Below, piece after piece: positions 30,333-42,114 of a DNA stretch of 64,000 nucleotides. The position numbers and the translations under genes are program-made. The stretch spans positions 2,336,001 through 2,400,000 of the forward strand of contig CAXXGO010000006.1 in the NCBI GenBank assembly GCA_963666835.2, given 5' to 3'. A model generated the notes under the pieces. That model saw only the letters and a list, made by a program, of their open reading frames with translations, searched no databases and was not told where the DNA came from. The stretch comes from Phycisphaerae bacterium. GTDB lineage: Bacteria; Planctomycetota; Phycisphaerae; UBA1845. Each line of letters begins with the position of its first letter. The stretch's first letter is position 1.

Positions 30333-32414
30333 CTAGGCGACATTCCACAGGCGCAGGCTATCAGCGTAGTCCCGCAGCACCGCTCTCCGCAAGGCCGTGT
30401 GCTCGGCTCGCTCCAGCCTGGGGTCCTGCCTCAGCAGGTCCGCTGCGTCATCTCGGGCTTGTTCCAGCAAATCTAGATCCTCGACCAGATCCGCAACCTT
30501 GAATTCGGGAAGCCCGTGCTGTCTCGTTCCCATCAGCTCACCCGGTCCGCGCAACCGGAGATCCTCTTCGGCAATACGGAAGCCATCCGTAGTGCCGCAC
30601 AAGATGCGCAGCCGTGCCAGAGCGGTCTCGCTCAACGATTCGGCAAGAAGCAGGCAGAACGACGGCTTGGATCCCCGCCCGATACGCCCGCGAAGCTGGT
30701 GCAATTGGCTCAGACCATACCGCTCGGCGTGCTGCACCAGCATGACCGTCGCGTTGGGTACGTCGACTCCAACCTCGATCACCGTTGTAGACACGAGTGC
30801 CTGTGTTTCTCCATTCCGGAATCGCTCCATGACCGCATTCTTGTCGGCGGCTCTCATCCGGCCGTGCAGAAGTCCGACGCGATAGCCGGCCAGCTCCGTC
30901 TGTGAGAGCCGCTCCGTCTCAGCTCGCGCGGCCTTCAAGGGGAGTGTCTCGGATTCCTCGACCAGCGGGCAAACGATGAACGCCTGCTCCCCGGCGTCTA
31001 GCCGCGTTCGGATTGACGTCCACGCGCTGCTTTCATTGTCGGCGGTGACCAACTCGGTTGTCACAGGCTGTCGGTCGGGCAGCGTCCCCGAGATCGTCGA
31101 GACGTCGAGATCGCCGAACACGGTCATTGCCAGCGTCCGGGGGATCGGGGTCGCCGTCAAAACGAGCACATGCGGTGCTGCTCCCTTGCGACGTAGCGAA
31201 GCCCGTTGGGCGACGCCGAATTTGTGCTGCTCGTCGATTATCGCCAGGCCGAGATCACGAAACCTGATATTCGGCTCGAGCAGGGCATGCGTTCCGATCA
31301 GCAGATCCACCTCGCCTACGTGCAAGGCGCCCAGCAGCCTGTCGCGTTGCCCCTGCGGCGTCGATCCCGCAAGGAACCCTCGTCGCACCCGGCTGCCTGC
31401 AAGATAACGCTCAGTCTTGTCCCGGTGTTGGGCTGCCAGAACCTCGGTAGGGGCGATTATCGCAACCTGCCGGCGGTTGGCGATCGCCGTCAAGGCGGCG
31501 TATACGGCTACGGCCGTCTTCCCGGCTCCGACGTCTGCCTGCAGCAGTCGGTTCATCGGCGCCGTCCGGGCAAGGTCTGCCGAGATTTCCGCAACCGCGC
31601 GATCCTGTCCCGGAGTAAGCGAAAACGGGAGCCGCCGGCGGATTCTACGGTCGATTTCCGGAGTCGTAGCGATGGGCTGGGCCGCGTCTGTGCGGCGCGC
31701 CAGCCTCCTGCTGATCTGCACGGCGAGCTGACATAACAGCAGTTCGTCATACGCCAGCCGGCGCCGGGCGACGGGCACATCCTCCAATGCCGTTGGCCGA
31801 TGATACCGCAAGATGGCCGTTCGCCGAGGCGGAAGTCCGCGACGTTTGCGGACGTCCGGCGGAACCCAATCGACGATTTGATCGAGGACATCGTCAAGAA
31901 CGTGATCGATGGCCCGAGCGATCAGCTTCGTGGGCAGTTGGGCTGTCGCCGGATAGACCGCATCATGGCGATCAGCATCGTCGGCGAACGGATCCTCCTC
32001 GTTGCCCACGATCGCCGTCTCGGGGTTTGCGAAGGACGCCCGGTCCCGATAAACCTCCACGTTCCCGGTCAGGCGGACAATCTGGCCGTCATGGAGCCGA
32101 TTGATCAGGTATGACGAGTTGAACCAGCGCACCGCACATTCGCCGGTGCCGTCGACGACGTTGGCCGTGACGCTTTGGCGGGCGAGAGGACCGCGCGTCC
32201 GCACCCGCCGCAGCTCGCCGACGATGGTGGCGACTTCGCCCGGCTCCAGTTCTCCGATCGGTAGTGATTTCGGCCTGAGTGCGTGGCGAAACGGAAAGTA
32301 CTCGATCAAATCTCCGACGGTATGAACGCCGAGTGCAGCAAACGCCTGGGCACGAACCGGACCTACCCCCGGGACGAATCGAACGTCCGTATCAAGTGCT
32401 GCCCCGCAACTCAA
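30333..32414 (-). CDS. recG: ATP-dependent DNA helicase RecG
   Basis: [45 protein letters not shown]. Confidence 0.98.
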   Translation of the reverse strand: MSCGAALDTDVRFVPGVGPVRAQAFAALGVHTVGDLIEYFPFRHALRPKSLPIGELEPGEVATIVGELRRVRTRGPLARQSVTANVVDGTGECAVRWFNSSYLINRLHDGQIVRLTGNVEVYRDRASFANPETAIVGNEEDPFADDADRHDAVYPATAQLPTKLIARAIDHVLDDVLDQIVDWVPPDVRKRRGLPPRRTAILRYHRPTALEDVPVARRRLAYDELLLCQLAVQISRRLARRTDAAQPIATTPEIDRRIRRRLPFSLTPGQDRAVAEISADLARTAPMNRLLQADVGAGKTAVAVYAALTAIANRRQVAIIAPTEVLAAQHRDKTERYLAGSRVRRGFLAGSTPQGQRDRLLGALHVGEVDLLIGTHALLEPNIRFRDLGLAIIDEQHKFGVAQRASLRRKGAAPHVLVLTATPIPRTLAMTVFGDLDVSTISGTLPDRQPVTTELVTADNESSAWTSIRTRLDAGEQAFIVCPLVEESETLPLKAARAETERLSQTELAGYRVGLLHGRMRAADKNAVMERFRNGETQALVSTTVIEVGVDVPNATVMLVQHAERYGLSQLHQLRGRIGRGSKPSFCLLLAESLSETALARLRILCGTTDGFRIAEEDLRLRGPGELMGTRQHGLPEFKVADLVEDLDLLEQARDDAADLLRQDPRLERAEHTALRRAVLRDYADSLRLWNVA

Positions 32415-32532
32415 GACAGAAGCTCCATCGGTGCCTCACCTGGACACACCTTCGGGCGATCGGCATCACCAACGTGCTACGCATCCCATTGCGGAGGAGT
32501 CTGTCTATCAAGGCCTTCGGGCGCGGGCACCC

Positions 32533-32931
32533 CTACGGAATAAGCAGGCGCTGCCCGACCCTGATCTTGTTCGGGTCGCCGATCTTGCTGCGGTTTGCCT
32601 CGTACAGGTCCCTCCACCGGCTCTGATCACCGTAATACATGCGCGCAAGCCGGTACAGCGTATCACCTTTCTCGACCACATGATAGCGTTCGGAGGTCTG
32701 CGGCTCTTCCGCCGGGAGGGGTTCATACACGGTCCTCGCCGGCGTTGGCGCGGGGCTGCTGTATTGGTCATACTCCTCCACCGGCTCCTCGTAGACGGGT
32801 TCGGGGTAAGGCTCGACGTAGGCCGCCGAGGCCTGCGGGTCTTCCGTCTTCTTCCCTCCGAAGACGCTGCAACCGCCTACCATTACCGTGATTAGAAGAA
32901 ACGCCGATACGAGACTCGCGATCCGTCGCAT
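32533..32931 (-). CDS. LysM peptidoglycan-binding lipoprotein
   Basis: Lipobox VGGC, Pro/Glu-rich linker, YHVVEKGDTLY..IRVGQRLLIP; AGGAGG RBS. Confidence 0.92.
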   Translation of the reverse strand: MRRIASLVSAFLLITVMVGGCSVFGGKKTEDPQASAAYVEPYPEPVYEEPVEEYDQYSSPAPTPARTVYEPLPAEEPQTSERYHVVEKGDTLYRLARMYYGDQSRWRDLYEANRSKIGDPNKIRVGQRLLIP

Positions 32932-32980
32932 GGTGGTGACCTCCTGTCGTGAACCTGGGTTGTCAAACAGTCCACCTTCG

Positions 32981-33008
32981 ATGATAGCCCAGGCAAAGGC
33001 CATGTCAA
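32981..33008 (-). promoter_or_regulatory. Putative sigma-70 promoter of the LysM gene
   Basis: TTGACA-16bp-TATCAT. Confidence 0.6.
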
Positions 33009-33094
33009 CGACGAAGTCCCGACGTATCGCCTGCAATATGCGGGAATCAACGAACGGTACGCGGAGCCCGACGGGAAGTTGATGGGGCGATGCA

Positions 33095-33523
33095 CTAGCC
33101 GGCTTTGGTTACCGTGGCCGCAGGCCAGAAGATCAGCGGGTGATCGAACCGCAGACCAGCCCCCATCATGGAGTTTTCCCCGCGTCGGAGCTGCTCGGTC
33201 CGGACAACGGTGGCGAAGCAAGCTTCACCCAGGTACTTCATCAGCTCGGATGCGCCATTACGGTCTTCCGCCAGGACTACCTCAAAACGCTGGCCGACGG
33301 CCAATCCGGCGGATGCCGGAACCTGCACGAAAAGCCCCCCGGAGCCAATATTGGTGGCCGTGCAACGGCACACCTTCGGGCTGCCGACTCCAACCAGAGC
33401 CGCGGCCATTTCAGCCCGAATTCGCCCGGTGGTTCGGTGCTCTTTCTGCAGGGAACCGGAGCTTTGACCGTTACGGTTCGATCTTGCCGAATCAACCAGC
33501 GGACATTCCGGCGTATTGAGCAT
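33095..33523 (-). CDS. PilZ-domain protein
   Basis: EHRTTGR (RxxxR), NIGSGG, ATVVR...GAGLRF; TAAGGAG RBS. Confidence 0.8.
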   Translation of the reverse strand: MLNTPECPLVDSARSNRNGQSSGSLQKEHRTTGRIRAEMAAALVGVGSPKVCRCTATNIGSGGLFVQVPASAGLAVGQRFEVVLAEDRNGASELMKYLGEACFATVVRTEQLRRGENSMMGAGLRFDHPLIFWPAATVTKAG

Positions 33524-33660
33524 TGCCGGCTCCTTAGCAGGCGGATACGCGCTCCCTCGCGAAGGAAATCCCGGCACATCCGTGTGCGTGAACCTGGTTT
33601 CCGGGGCTTGTGGTATGGCGTCGAGTTCCACGCTGTCCCCCGAAATCCGACCGCGCGGGT

Positions 33661-33688
33661 AGTATAACGCGCCCTCATGGCTCGTCAA
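33661..33688 (-). promoter_or_regulatory. Putative sigma-70 promoter of the PilZ gene
   Basis: TTGACG-16bp-TATACT. Confidence 0.55.
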
Positions 33689-33779
33689 TCGAGCGCACGG
33701 CAGATGGCGGGGTTTCGAGGCTTGCGACGCGACATGCCCGAGGTATGCGCTCCCCGGGTGATGGGGGCTACGCCACTCG

Positions 33780-34391
33780 TCACTTTGTTCGAGGATTTCT
33801 GCCGTTTGCGGTAGGTCTTTCGAAGTCCGTCGTTCGAAAAGTGACTAATGCCCAGATGAGCGCTGGGACTATGCACGTGCAAGCCGGGCCGAAGAAGAAG
33901 AACTCGTACGATGCGGCCACGATACGTTGCCCGAGCGGGCTGAACTCGTAGAGGCGGATTGGCCCGGGGCTGATGAACCAGTACAGCAGCATCGTTCCCG
34001 TACGGAAAATCACGAAGATATTGACCAGGATCCACCCCAGAAGCAGCGCCCGCCATTTCCGCTTCCAGGATATCGGGCTTGCCAGAACCAGAGTGATCAG
34101 CACTGCGTTGGGCACATACCCCGTGCGTCCCGTGTCTATGGCCACCGGTGCTTCGCCGATCCTGCCCTTGATTCGTTTGCCCAGCATTACGTCCAGATCG
34201 GCTTCTCCCTGACCGACGGCCGGCTTGCACGATACCACGCCGGATGCTCCGAACTTCCCGTAGACGATCTCGGTCGTCTCGGCGAAGAACCAGCGATATC
34301 CCTCGCGCACTCCCGGCCACCGGATGACGAGAAGCACGTATAACACCATCGCCAGACCAACGGACAGAAGGATGGCCTTACGACTTGGCAT
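33780..34391 (-). CDS. Exosortase-associated membrane protein (exosortase-like, no catalytic Cys at the equivalent site)
   Basis: TLVLASPISWKRK..LLLG..LVNIFVIFR parallels the upstream exosortase; overlaps it. Confidence 0.65.
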   Translation of the reverse strand: MPSRKAILLSVGLAMVLYVLLVIRWPGVREGYRWFFAETTEIVYGKFGASGVVSCKPAVGQGEADLDVMLGKRIKGRIGEAPVAIDTGRTGYVPNAVLITLVLASPISWKRKWRALLLGWILVNIFVIFRTGTMLLYWFISPGPIRLYEFSPLGQRIVAASYEFFFFGPACTCIVPALIWALVTFRTTDFERPTANGRNPRTK

Positions 34392-35023
34392 GTTGCCTGC
34401 TCGCAGTCTTGTCCGCCGCCCACAACGCCCACAGAGCCCACGCCAGGATTGCGAGTAAGATGAATGTGAGCTGCCAGACGTCGTGGTGCATGATGTCGAA
34501 TGTCTCAGCGGAGAAGTGGATCCCGATATAGAAGAGACTGACCACCCGCACGAGGTTCATCACCATCAAAACCAAAAGGCCGAAAACCAGACCGGGCAAT
34601 TTCGTCCAAGCCAACACCGGTGATGCGAGTACGGCCGCCACCAGCAGAATCGACGGCTGGAAAGCATCGCACCCGCGCTTGATGTTGACACTGTACCGCG
34701 GCGAACTGATGTTCGTGCCGGACACGGTCATGTTCTCCCCGAACATCTCCAGGGTGGAACCCGATATCTTCGCCCAGAAGTGCAGATAGGGCGGGACCAC
34801 CTTTCTCTTTGGCGAAATTCGTGGCCAAGGCGATCTCGAACACGCCCAGGATTATGAGCAGCGGGGCGACGAATCTGACTATCGGGTGTCGGCGGTTGAT
34901 CCAGCGGCGCCGCGGACGCGTTGCGGCCGATGGTTTGCGGTTTGCCGACCCCTCCGCCGGTTCGGACTCCGAGCCCCTCTTTCGTGAAGCCCCGCCCTTG
35001 CGTTTTGGTGGTTTCTTCGCCAT
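34378..35023 (-). CDS. xrtH: Exosortase H-like transpeptidase; one frameshift near 34802 as sequenced
   Basis: SVNIKRGCDA (Cys), MNLVRVVSLFYIG (Arg), MHHDVWQ (His); N-terminus lies in another frame. Confidence 0.8.
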
Positions 35024-35310
35024 GCCCTGTTGCCGAGAAGCTAGCTGTCATCCAGCAGTGTTTGATCCTACCATTGGCGGTAATGATACCAGACTTGATT
35101 TCGTCGTTCAAACCTATTGTTGGTCCGAGGGCTAGTTTAGAGAGTGGGAACGTGCCGGCGTGATTGCTGTGCGCCGGGACTTGATAGGCGCGTGGGCATG
35201 GGATACGTCCACCTGTTGCGAGGGCTGGGGAAGACGCAGTCTGCCCGGATGCGGGAGTGACAACATTACGTCATTTGGGAAACGCAACGACGTTTGGGAA
35301 CCGGACGGCT

Positions 35311-36823
35311 TCACCTTGCGCCGGCCGTTCTCGACGAGTGCGACCACATAGGCGTCCGGGTGTAGTGCCTCATCATGTCGAGAGCCGCCGCGGTCAGAAT
35401 ATCGTACATGAACTGAGAAGCATCAGACCGGGGAATAAGCACCAAGAGTGCGGGGATGAGCAGGTAGTACAGCACTCCTGTGTAGATCAGCCCCAGGAAC
35501 AGAATGAAACCGTAAGGTCTGATGCCCCGGTAGAACGCCCCTACGGTTCGAGGGAAAAAGGTGTTTCGAGAACCCACGAGCCGTCCAGGGGAGGAATGGG
35601 TATCAGGTTGAAGAACGCCAGGAATATGTTGATTACGAAACTGAGTTTGAGAATGGTCAGAATCGCCCCCGACGATCGGAGCCAACTCGAAACCGGACGC
35701 CGTCAACCGCGGCGAAGAAGTTCAGGCTGGCGTAGTCGTTTATCCGGGGCGTCGGGCACGATGTGGCCGAGGCGCGCAGACCAGTCCGAGCATCAACATC
35801 AGCGATAGACAGGCCAGCAGCAGATTAGCGCCGGGTCCTGCCAGCGAAACGAGAATGTGACCTCGACGCGGATTGTCGAACGACTCGGTGCGCACCGGGA
35901 CCGGGGCGAGCCCAGCCGAATACCCCGGCATTTGCCAGGAACAGGATCAACGGAAAGTACGATGGTCCCCAGCGGGTCCCACGTGGGGCCAGGGGATTCA
36001 AGGTCACTCTGCCGAGCCGCCGGGCAAGGTCATCACCGAGCCACCCACGCCACCGTTGCATGACCGGCTTCGTGGAACGTCAAAGAGACCAGGGACGACG
36101 GCAAGCCCCGCGACCAGCAGTCCCCAGTTCCGCCCCTCGGAAGCCGGAGATTCCCCGGGTTGGGCAGGCACGGGATCGTTCTCGGTATACTCATCCGGGC
36201 CTGGGCCGTCCGCCGCCCTGGAGTGGCGGATAATTGCTAACCAATCCGATGCCTCGCCACCACGTTCACGACCAACCCCAATCCGAGCAGGATCAACGCC
36301 AACCGACAGAGTGTTCGAGAGTGACTCCAAGCTCGGACAGGACGAATCCTCCGGCGGTGTAGCAAAACGAGAGTCACGACGGCAGCGGCCCGCCAACAAC
36401 CCCCAACCCTGGGATGAACACCAACGCGGCCGATATCAAGGCCCAGACGGCCAGGCGCGATACTTTGGGCCATAGCAGGGGGGCGGATGACGCCGGCTCT
36501 GGGTCAAGCGCGGTTGCCGCCTGTTCTACTTCCCGCCGGGCTCCGAGATGTTGGATCAACGGCGCTGCCAGCCCACCCGGGACGACGAAACCAATTTCGA
36601 GGTCGAACGTCTCGAACCGGATAATGTAGCTCGTCCCGTGCTCCGCGATGTAGATGTCTCGAGCCCAGTTCTCACGCGCGATAGCAAGAGAATCGTCCCC
36701 GCGCTGCGCAAGGTGACGCTGTCGGGCGTCCAGGCGGATGGTCCATCCGCGACCGCGCTCATCCGTCCACGTGTTCTCGATCGGCTGCGGGCCGGATGGC
36801 GAGCTGGAATCAGAGACGCCCAT
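35311..36823 (-). CDS. Site-2 protease (M50) with N-terminal extension; multiple frameshifts, 3' end approximate
   Basis: Fragments SLTFHEAGH, LGRVTLNPL, VSLAGPGAN, FNLIPIPPLDGS, YGFILF spread over several frames. Confidence 0.8.
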
Positions 36824-36914
36824 GTGTTACTTTCAGCAGGTTGAGCCCCGGCCGGATCCGGGTGGGGCGATCGCGCTAATCTTGCCCACGACGATGGCAC
36901 GCGCGATATCTTCG

Positions 36915-37677
36915 CTAGCCGTCGTCGAACTCGTCGCCGCGGAAACTACTACCCAAATAGGCCTTCCCGGGACCAGCGGATCGCGTAACGATTTCCGATG
37001 GGACACCCTCCGCCAGCTTCTCTCCATCGTTGATTATGTAGCTGCGATCGGTCACGCGAAGCGTTTCGCGGACGTTATGGTCCGTAAGAAGCACAGCGAT
37101 TCCGCGGGTCGCGCCGCAAGTGCAGAATCTCCTGCTGCAGATCCTCAACCGCTTTGGGGTCGACGCCGCTGAATGGCTCGTCGAGCATAATCAGCTTTGG
37201 ATCAGTCACCAAGGCGCGGGCCGATCTCGAGTTTGCGACGCTCACCACCCGACAGCGTCCGGGCCAACTGTTTGCGCTGCTTCGCCAGCCCGAACTGCTC
37301 GACAAGCTGCCCCGCCCGTTCGAACCTCTCCCGCCGGGGGAGATCCCGCATGGTCTCGAGGATGGCCAGGATGTTCTCCTCGACGGGTCAGCCTTTGAAA
37401 CACGCTTGGTTCCTGCGACAGGTACCCCATTCCCAGTTGGGCACGCTTGTACATCGCCAGGCGACGTTACGTCCCGACCGTCGAAGGCCACCGTACCTTC
37501 CTCGGCGTCGATCATGCCCACCGTGATCCGGAACGTAGTGGTCTTTCCGGCCCCATTCCGGCCAAGCAGGCCCACAATCTCGCCGTGGTTCACGTGGAAT
37601 CCAAGCCGATTGACCACAGCTCGCCCGTCATAGCGTTTGACCAGGCTTCTCACTTCTAACAGCGGACTCTCAATCAT
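36915..37677 (-). CDS. lptB: LPS export ABC transporter ATP-binding protein; multiple frameshifts as sequenced
   Basis: [52 protein letters not shown]. Confidence 0.9.
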
Positions 37678-38150
37678 GATTCCAGCCAATGTTCCACAAC
37701 AGCCACATCCGAAAGTACGATCGCGACGTTACCCTACCACTTTTGGTAGCCGAACGGAAGAGGCCGTGAGGTAAAGACCCCAATTTTGAGGCCCCGGTTG
37801 TGAAAACTCCATCGCGCGAGTCTGAGACGCGTGTGAACGCGGCGAGCCACCCCCCGGACGGCGACCCATGATTCGACCGGGATGCGGTGCTAAAGCGTTT
37901 ACTGCGATGATGTTATCACTGGGAATCACTGTTTGCTCGACACAGTCCGCAGATCATGTGTGTTGTTGAAACTGCAATAATTGGTTCCGCAATGCACGTC
38001 TCAGGATCCCCTGGATGGTTGATAGCCGGTGGAAAAGCAGTGCCTGGTCGTAAGCCGTGAACGACTGTAACCCGCTGGATTCGCTGGTCGAATTGGGGAA
38101 TACCCTTGGCGAGCAACTTGCGGATATGGGTAACGCACTCCAGTGGAAGG

Positions 38151-39895
38151 TTAGCGAATCCAGCGCATCCGGCCGACGTCTGGAACGACCCGGCCTGTGA
38201 TGACGGGAAGCCAATCCAGCCACTGAACTCGTGTCGGGCTTGGCCAGTACACGAAGAACGCCTTTCCAATCATCCTGATCCCGCGGAACCGTGCCGAGTT
38301 GAACGTCTTCGCCGCGGCCCACCAGATGGGAGCCCACCTCATCCCATAGACGCGAGTCTTTGCTGGCCGCGGTGTTGTCGCCGAGCATGAAATGCTCGTG
38401 GTCTCGGAGCAGTATCGGGCTTTGCGGGCTGGCCCAGCCGCCGCGAGGGGCCCAGGGCAGACTCAAGGCCCGGGTGTTCCCCGGGGTGTAATAATAGACG
38501 TCGCGGTCGATACCCACATGCATCAGGTCGAACGAGGCACCGCCGCCCCCGAAAAGACGCGGAGGAAAAGACGGAGCCGGCTGCGCGGCGTTACGCCGCA
38601 CCGCCAAGCGAGGACCATAGTAGTCCGGGTTTTCGGGATCTGAGGAACTGGCAAGAACCTCTTCCCCTCGCACGTGGAGAGCTAAGCGGTAGTCCACGTT
38701 CTCGAACGCGACCTCAACTGACCTCTCCGACCCTGAGCGGAGCCAGTTGCCGCGAGAGATTGATGGAGCCGGAGGCCGTGCGCCCGTCGGCCGACTCCGT
38801 AATCGTTACCAGGCCGTTCATCTGGATCGTGGCCCAGAACGCCCGTCCGTGCTTCTGAAGCCGAATCTGCAAGTCCCCGTCCGGATTCCGCGGAGTCAAT
38901 ACAAACCTGACCCGCTGGTCGGAAACGGGGGGCGGCTGGCGCCGGTGAATATTGTATGAGCATGAGGCGAGAATCGGCTTGCCCTTCAGCTCGATGTAAT
39001 CCTGCTCCAACTGTTGATCTTCAACGTGATCCGTCGGTTGCCGGTGTCCCATCCGGAGGATCTGATGTGATTAGCCTGCCATCTTGGTTGATACTTCTCA
39101 TTGGCCTTAGGAGGGAAGTCATGATCGTACACCACAACACCACAGGTCCTTTTTGAGCCGTTTTGGTCTTACGAGCGATTCGCATCTTCGTGTCCAACTC
39201 TTCGAACACCTCGCGCGGGACCTTGCGGAGCTCGCCGCGTTGCTTCCCCACACGCAGCTCGTACTTCTCGTGGCGGAGGCTGTCCAGCTCGGCCGCGGTT
39301 TCCGGGGTGAGTTGGTCGGTGGGCACCGTGTACACGTCGCCGTCCACGATCATCAGCACTTCACCGGGCAAGCCCACGAGCCGCTTGATGTAGTTCGTAG
39401 AGCCGTCGGCCGGATCCTTGAAGACGACCACGTCCCAGCGGGCGGGGCCCAGAGCGTTCAGGCCAAGATCGAACGGCCACTTGAGTACGAGAATACGATC
39501 ACCGGTTTCCGGGTTCTGCAGGCGGTCGTTTATAGCCGCTGTCGAGTTGGCGTGGTTACAGTTCGGGCAGATTGCCTGGGCTTGGGGGCCCACCAAGAGA
39601 GGTGTTACGCTTCTCGCCCAGGTCCCTCAGTCCGTATGCGAACTCCGTGCCGCAATCCGCGCAGGACTATCGTACCATGGGCGCCGTAGAGGGTAGGCGC
39701 CATCGAGCCCGTGGGGATGACGAACGCCTCGATCACGAACGCCCGAAACACAAAGGCCAGGATCAGAGCCACAACGATCGACTCGATCGTCTCTTTCACG
39801 CCTTCAACGCGCGTTGGGGATTCTGTTGTCGAGGCCGTTTCAGTTATCACCTCAGATTCATTCCCATGCCCAGCTTGGAATTCGCGCGGCTCCAC
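38151..39895 (-). CDS. lepB: Signal peptidase I, long form; multiple frameshifts as sequenced
   Basis: EAFVIPTGSMAPTL, GDRILV, RWDVVVFK, NYIKRLVGLPGE, LGDN..SKDSR, IGKAFFVYWP; GGAGG RBS. Confidence 0.9.
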
Positions 39896-39973
39896 GAGCC
39901 GACCTCCCCTGTAGTGTACCCTCAGCCTCTCGCGAAGCTACCCACCGCCGGGGGCTCCGTCCATTCCGGCCGC

Positions 39974-40190
39974 GGGTGCCCCGTTCACTCCGGCGTTTGT
40001 TGGGCTGGAGTAGCCGCGTCGACTCCCCGCCGGAGTGGGTGGGGGACGGATTGAGACCCCGCGAGGGATTCGCCTTCAGCAATCAGTCCCCCACCCTTCG
40101 CCTGGGGCATGGTGCGTACGCCGTAACCACCCCTGCATCCGGGGCTCTTTCTCTACTGCGATACAACACCGCGCGAAGGACGGGGCACCC
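39974..40190 (+). repeat. Family-2 palindromic element, 217 bp, with 11-bp terminal inverted repeats
   Basis: gggtgccccgt ... acggggcaccc; internal hairpins; homologous to 27516-27652. Confidence 0.75.
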
Positions 40191-40286
40191 GGCGCGCGCA
40201 AAAACCGTCCGGCACTGCGGCCTGCCCGTTGCGATGGGACGGCTGGAACGCCGGACGGGTTTATTCGATCGTCGATGCCGCGTTGG

Positions 40287-41663
40287 TTACGCCGGCTCTG
40301 CCGCCTTTGCCTTGGGGGCCTTGAGGATCAAGGCCAAGGCTGCGGCTACGAGGCATGCAATTCCGGCGATGAGGAACGGGGTCTTCCACGCGTTGACAAC
40401 GCCGGCGGCGTTCACATCGCCGGCGGCGGCCGCGGCGGTCGCGGCGGCTGCGGCGGTGTCCTGGAAGTACCCAGCGATCAGCGGACCTACGATGCCTGCA
40501 ATACCGTATGCCGGGAATACCAACGGGTAGTTCGTACCCACCCTCTTGTTCCCGAAGAAGTCGGCCGTGGCGGCCGGGAAGAGCGCGAAATTGCCGCCGA
40601 AGTTGAATCCGATGATGCAAGCTCCGATGATCAGGCCCATCTCAGTGGCGCCGACCTTGAAGAACAACAACAACATCACGCCCTGGAGCAGGCACATCAG
40701 GAAGAGTGATGCCTTACGCCCGATCTTGTCGGAGGCGGTGCCCCAGACGATTCGACCGAGCCCGTTGAGGATGGCGTACCACGCCATTGCCGTTCCGGCG
40801 ATGATGCCTGCGGCGTCCTTGTCCGGGGCGACGCCGTTGGCGACCAAGCTGTCGCTTCCGAATAGCCGGATGCAGCCGATCACCATCAACCCCGCCATTG
40901 CGGACCCGGTGAACATCAGCACCAAGCCCCAGTACTGCGGCGTGGCGACCATCTGGCCGGCGGTAAGATCATGTGCGCCGGTCGGAGCAGCTCCGGTAGT
41001 TGCCTCGGGGTTCCAGCCGGCCGGCTTCCAACCCGCAGGGGGATTGACCATCACGAGACTGCCGAGCAGCACGAAAACGAAGAAGATGATGCCGTACACC
41101 ACGAACACTGCTTGCACGCCGGGCAAGTCCATGAACTTGTGGTCCAGGTTCTTGATCAGTCCCCCATCGAACCAGTTACCCGCCAGCTTGACCCAGATTG
41201 TCGCTCCGAATCCGAATCCGGCGACGGCCAATCCGGTGATCATCCCTTTCTTGTCGGGGAACCACTTGACCCCGACGGCGATGGGCACCACGTAGGCCAG
41301 CCCGATTCCGGCACCGCCGATAATCCCGATGCACACGAGTTGGGAGACGAAGGTCTTTCCCACGAGCCCTCCCAGGACGTAGCCGATCCCGAGGACTGTC
41401 CCTCCGACCATGGCGACCACTCTGGGCCCGGACTTCGCTTGCCAGCGGCCGGCGAACAGCATTGCGACCGCAAACGCGGCCAGCCCGGCCGAGAGGACCC
41501 ACTGGGTCTGGGTGGCGGTGAAGCCGTATCCGCCTTCCTCTATCGGGTCATTGAGCGTCGTCGTGAACACGCTCCAGGCATAGATCGCACCGAGGCACAG
41601 TTGGATGAGGATCGCTCCTATCACCACGAACCACCGGTTCATGACCTTGGTCTCGTTCTCCAT
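40287..41663 (-). CDS. MFS transporter, oxalate/formate antiporter (OFA) family
   Basis: QLCLGAIYAWSVF, KWFPDKKG, NGLGRIVWG..SDKIGR, FGGNFALFP; AAGGAG RBS. Confidence 0.93.
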   Translation of the reverse strand: MENETKVMNRWFVVIGAILIQLCLGAIYAWSVFTTTLNDPIEEGGYGFTATQTQWVLSAGLAAFAVAMLFAGRWQAKSGPRVVAMVGGTVLGIGYVLGGLVGKTFVSQLVCIGIIGGAGIGLAYVVPIAVGVKWFPDKKGMITGLAVAGFGFGATIWVKLAGNWFDGGLIKNLDHKFMDLPGVQAVFVVYGIIFFVFVLLGSLVMVNPPAGWKPAGWNPEATTGAAPTGAHDLTAGQMVATPQYWGLVLMFTGSAMAGLMVIGCIRLFGSDSLVANGVAPDKDAAGIIAGTAMAWYAILNGLGRIVWGTASDKIGRKASLFLMCLLQGVMLLLFFKVGATEMGLIIGACIIGFNFGGNFALFPAATADFFGNKRVGTNYPLVFPAYGIAGIVGPLIAGYFQDTAAAAATAAAAAGDVNAAGVVNAWKTPFLIAGIACLVAAALALILKAPKAKAAEPA

Positions 41664-42114
41664 CGCCGCAAAACTCCTTCCAATGGTTCGCTGCTTGCAG
41701 CCCGGATACTCCAGAAGCTGAAGGAGACCGGGGTGTCGGTCGGCTCCAGCCACGCCAGCCCGGCCTGCACCTCGCAGGACCGAGCGATTCGCGTACTACA
41801 GGCAAATTATTCGTCCAGGAACAACGCCTCAGGCCGGATTGCGCTCCGAGCCTCGCGGGGCAATGGTATTACATGCGCCATGGCACCGCAACCTCCCGAG
41901 CCGCGCGCCGGATCGGTCCGGCTGCCGAGCCCGGTTTAACGAAGTGGCGAAGATGCATGAGGGTTTAACCGGCCCTCCCAGCGTCGCCTGCGGGATCGTC
42001 CGGCCAACTCGGATTACTCATGGCGTTCGTACAAATGCGCGTAACTCAAACACAGCCCTTGCTTGTGGATGGCCTTATGGGAACACAGCGCACTTCCGCG
42101 CCAGGGGCAAGACG

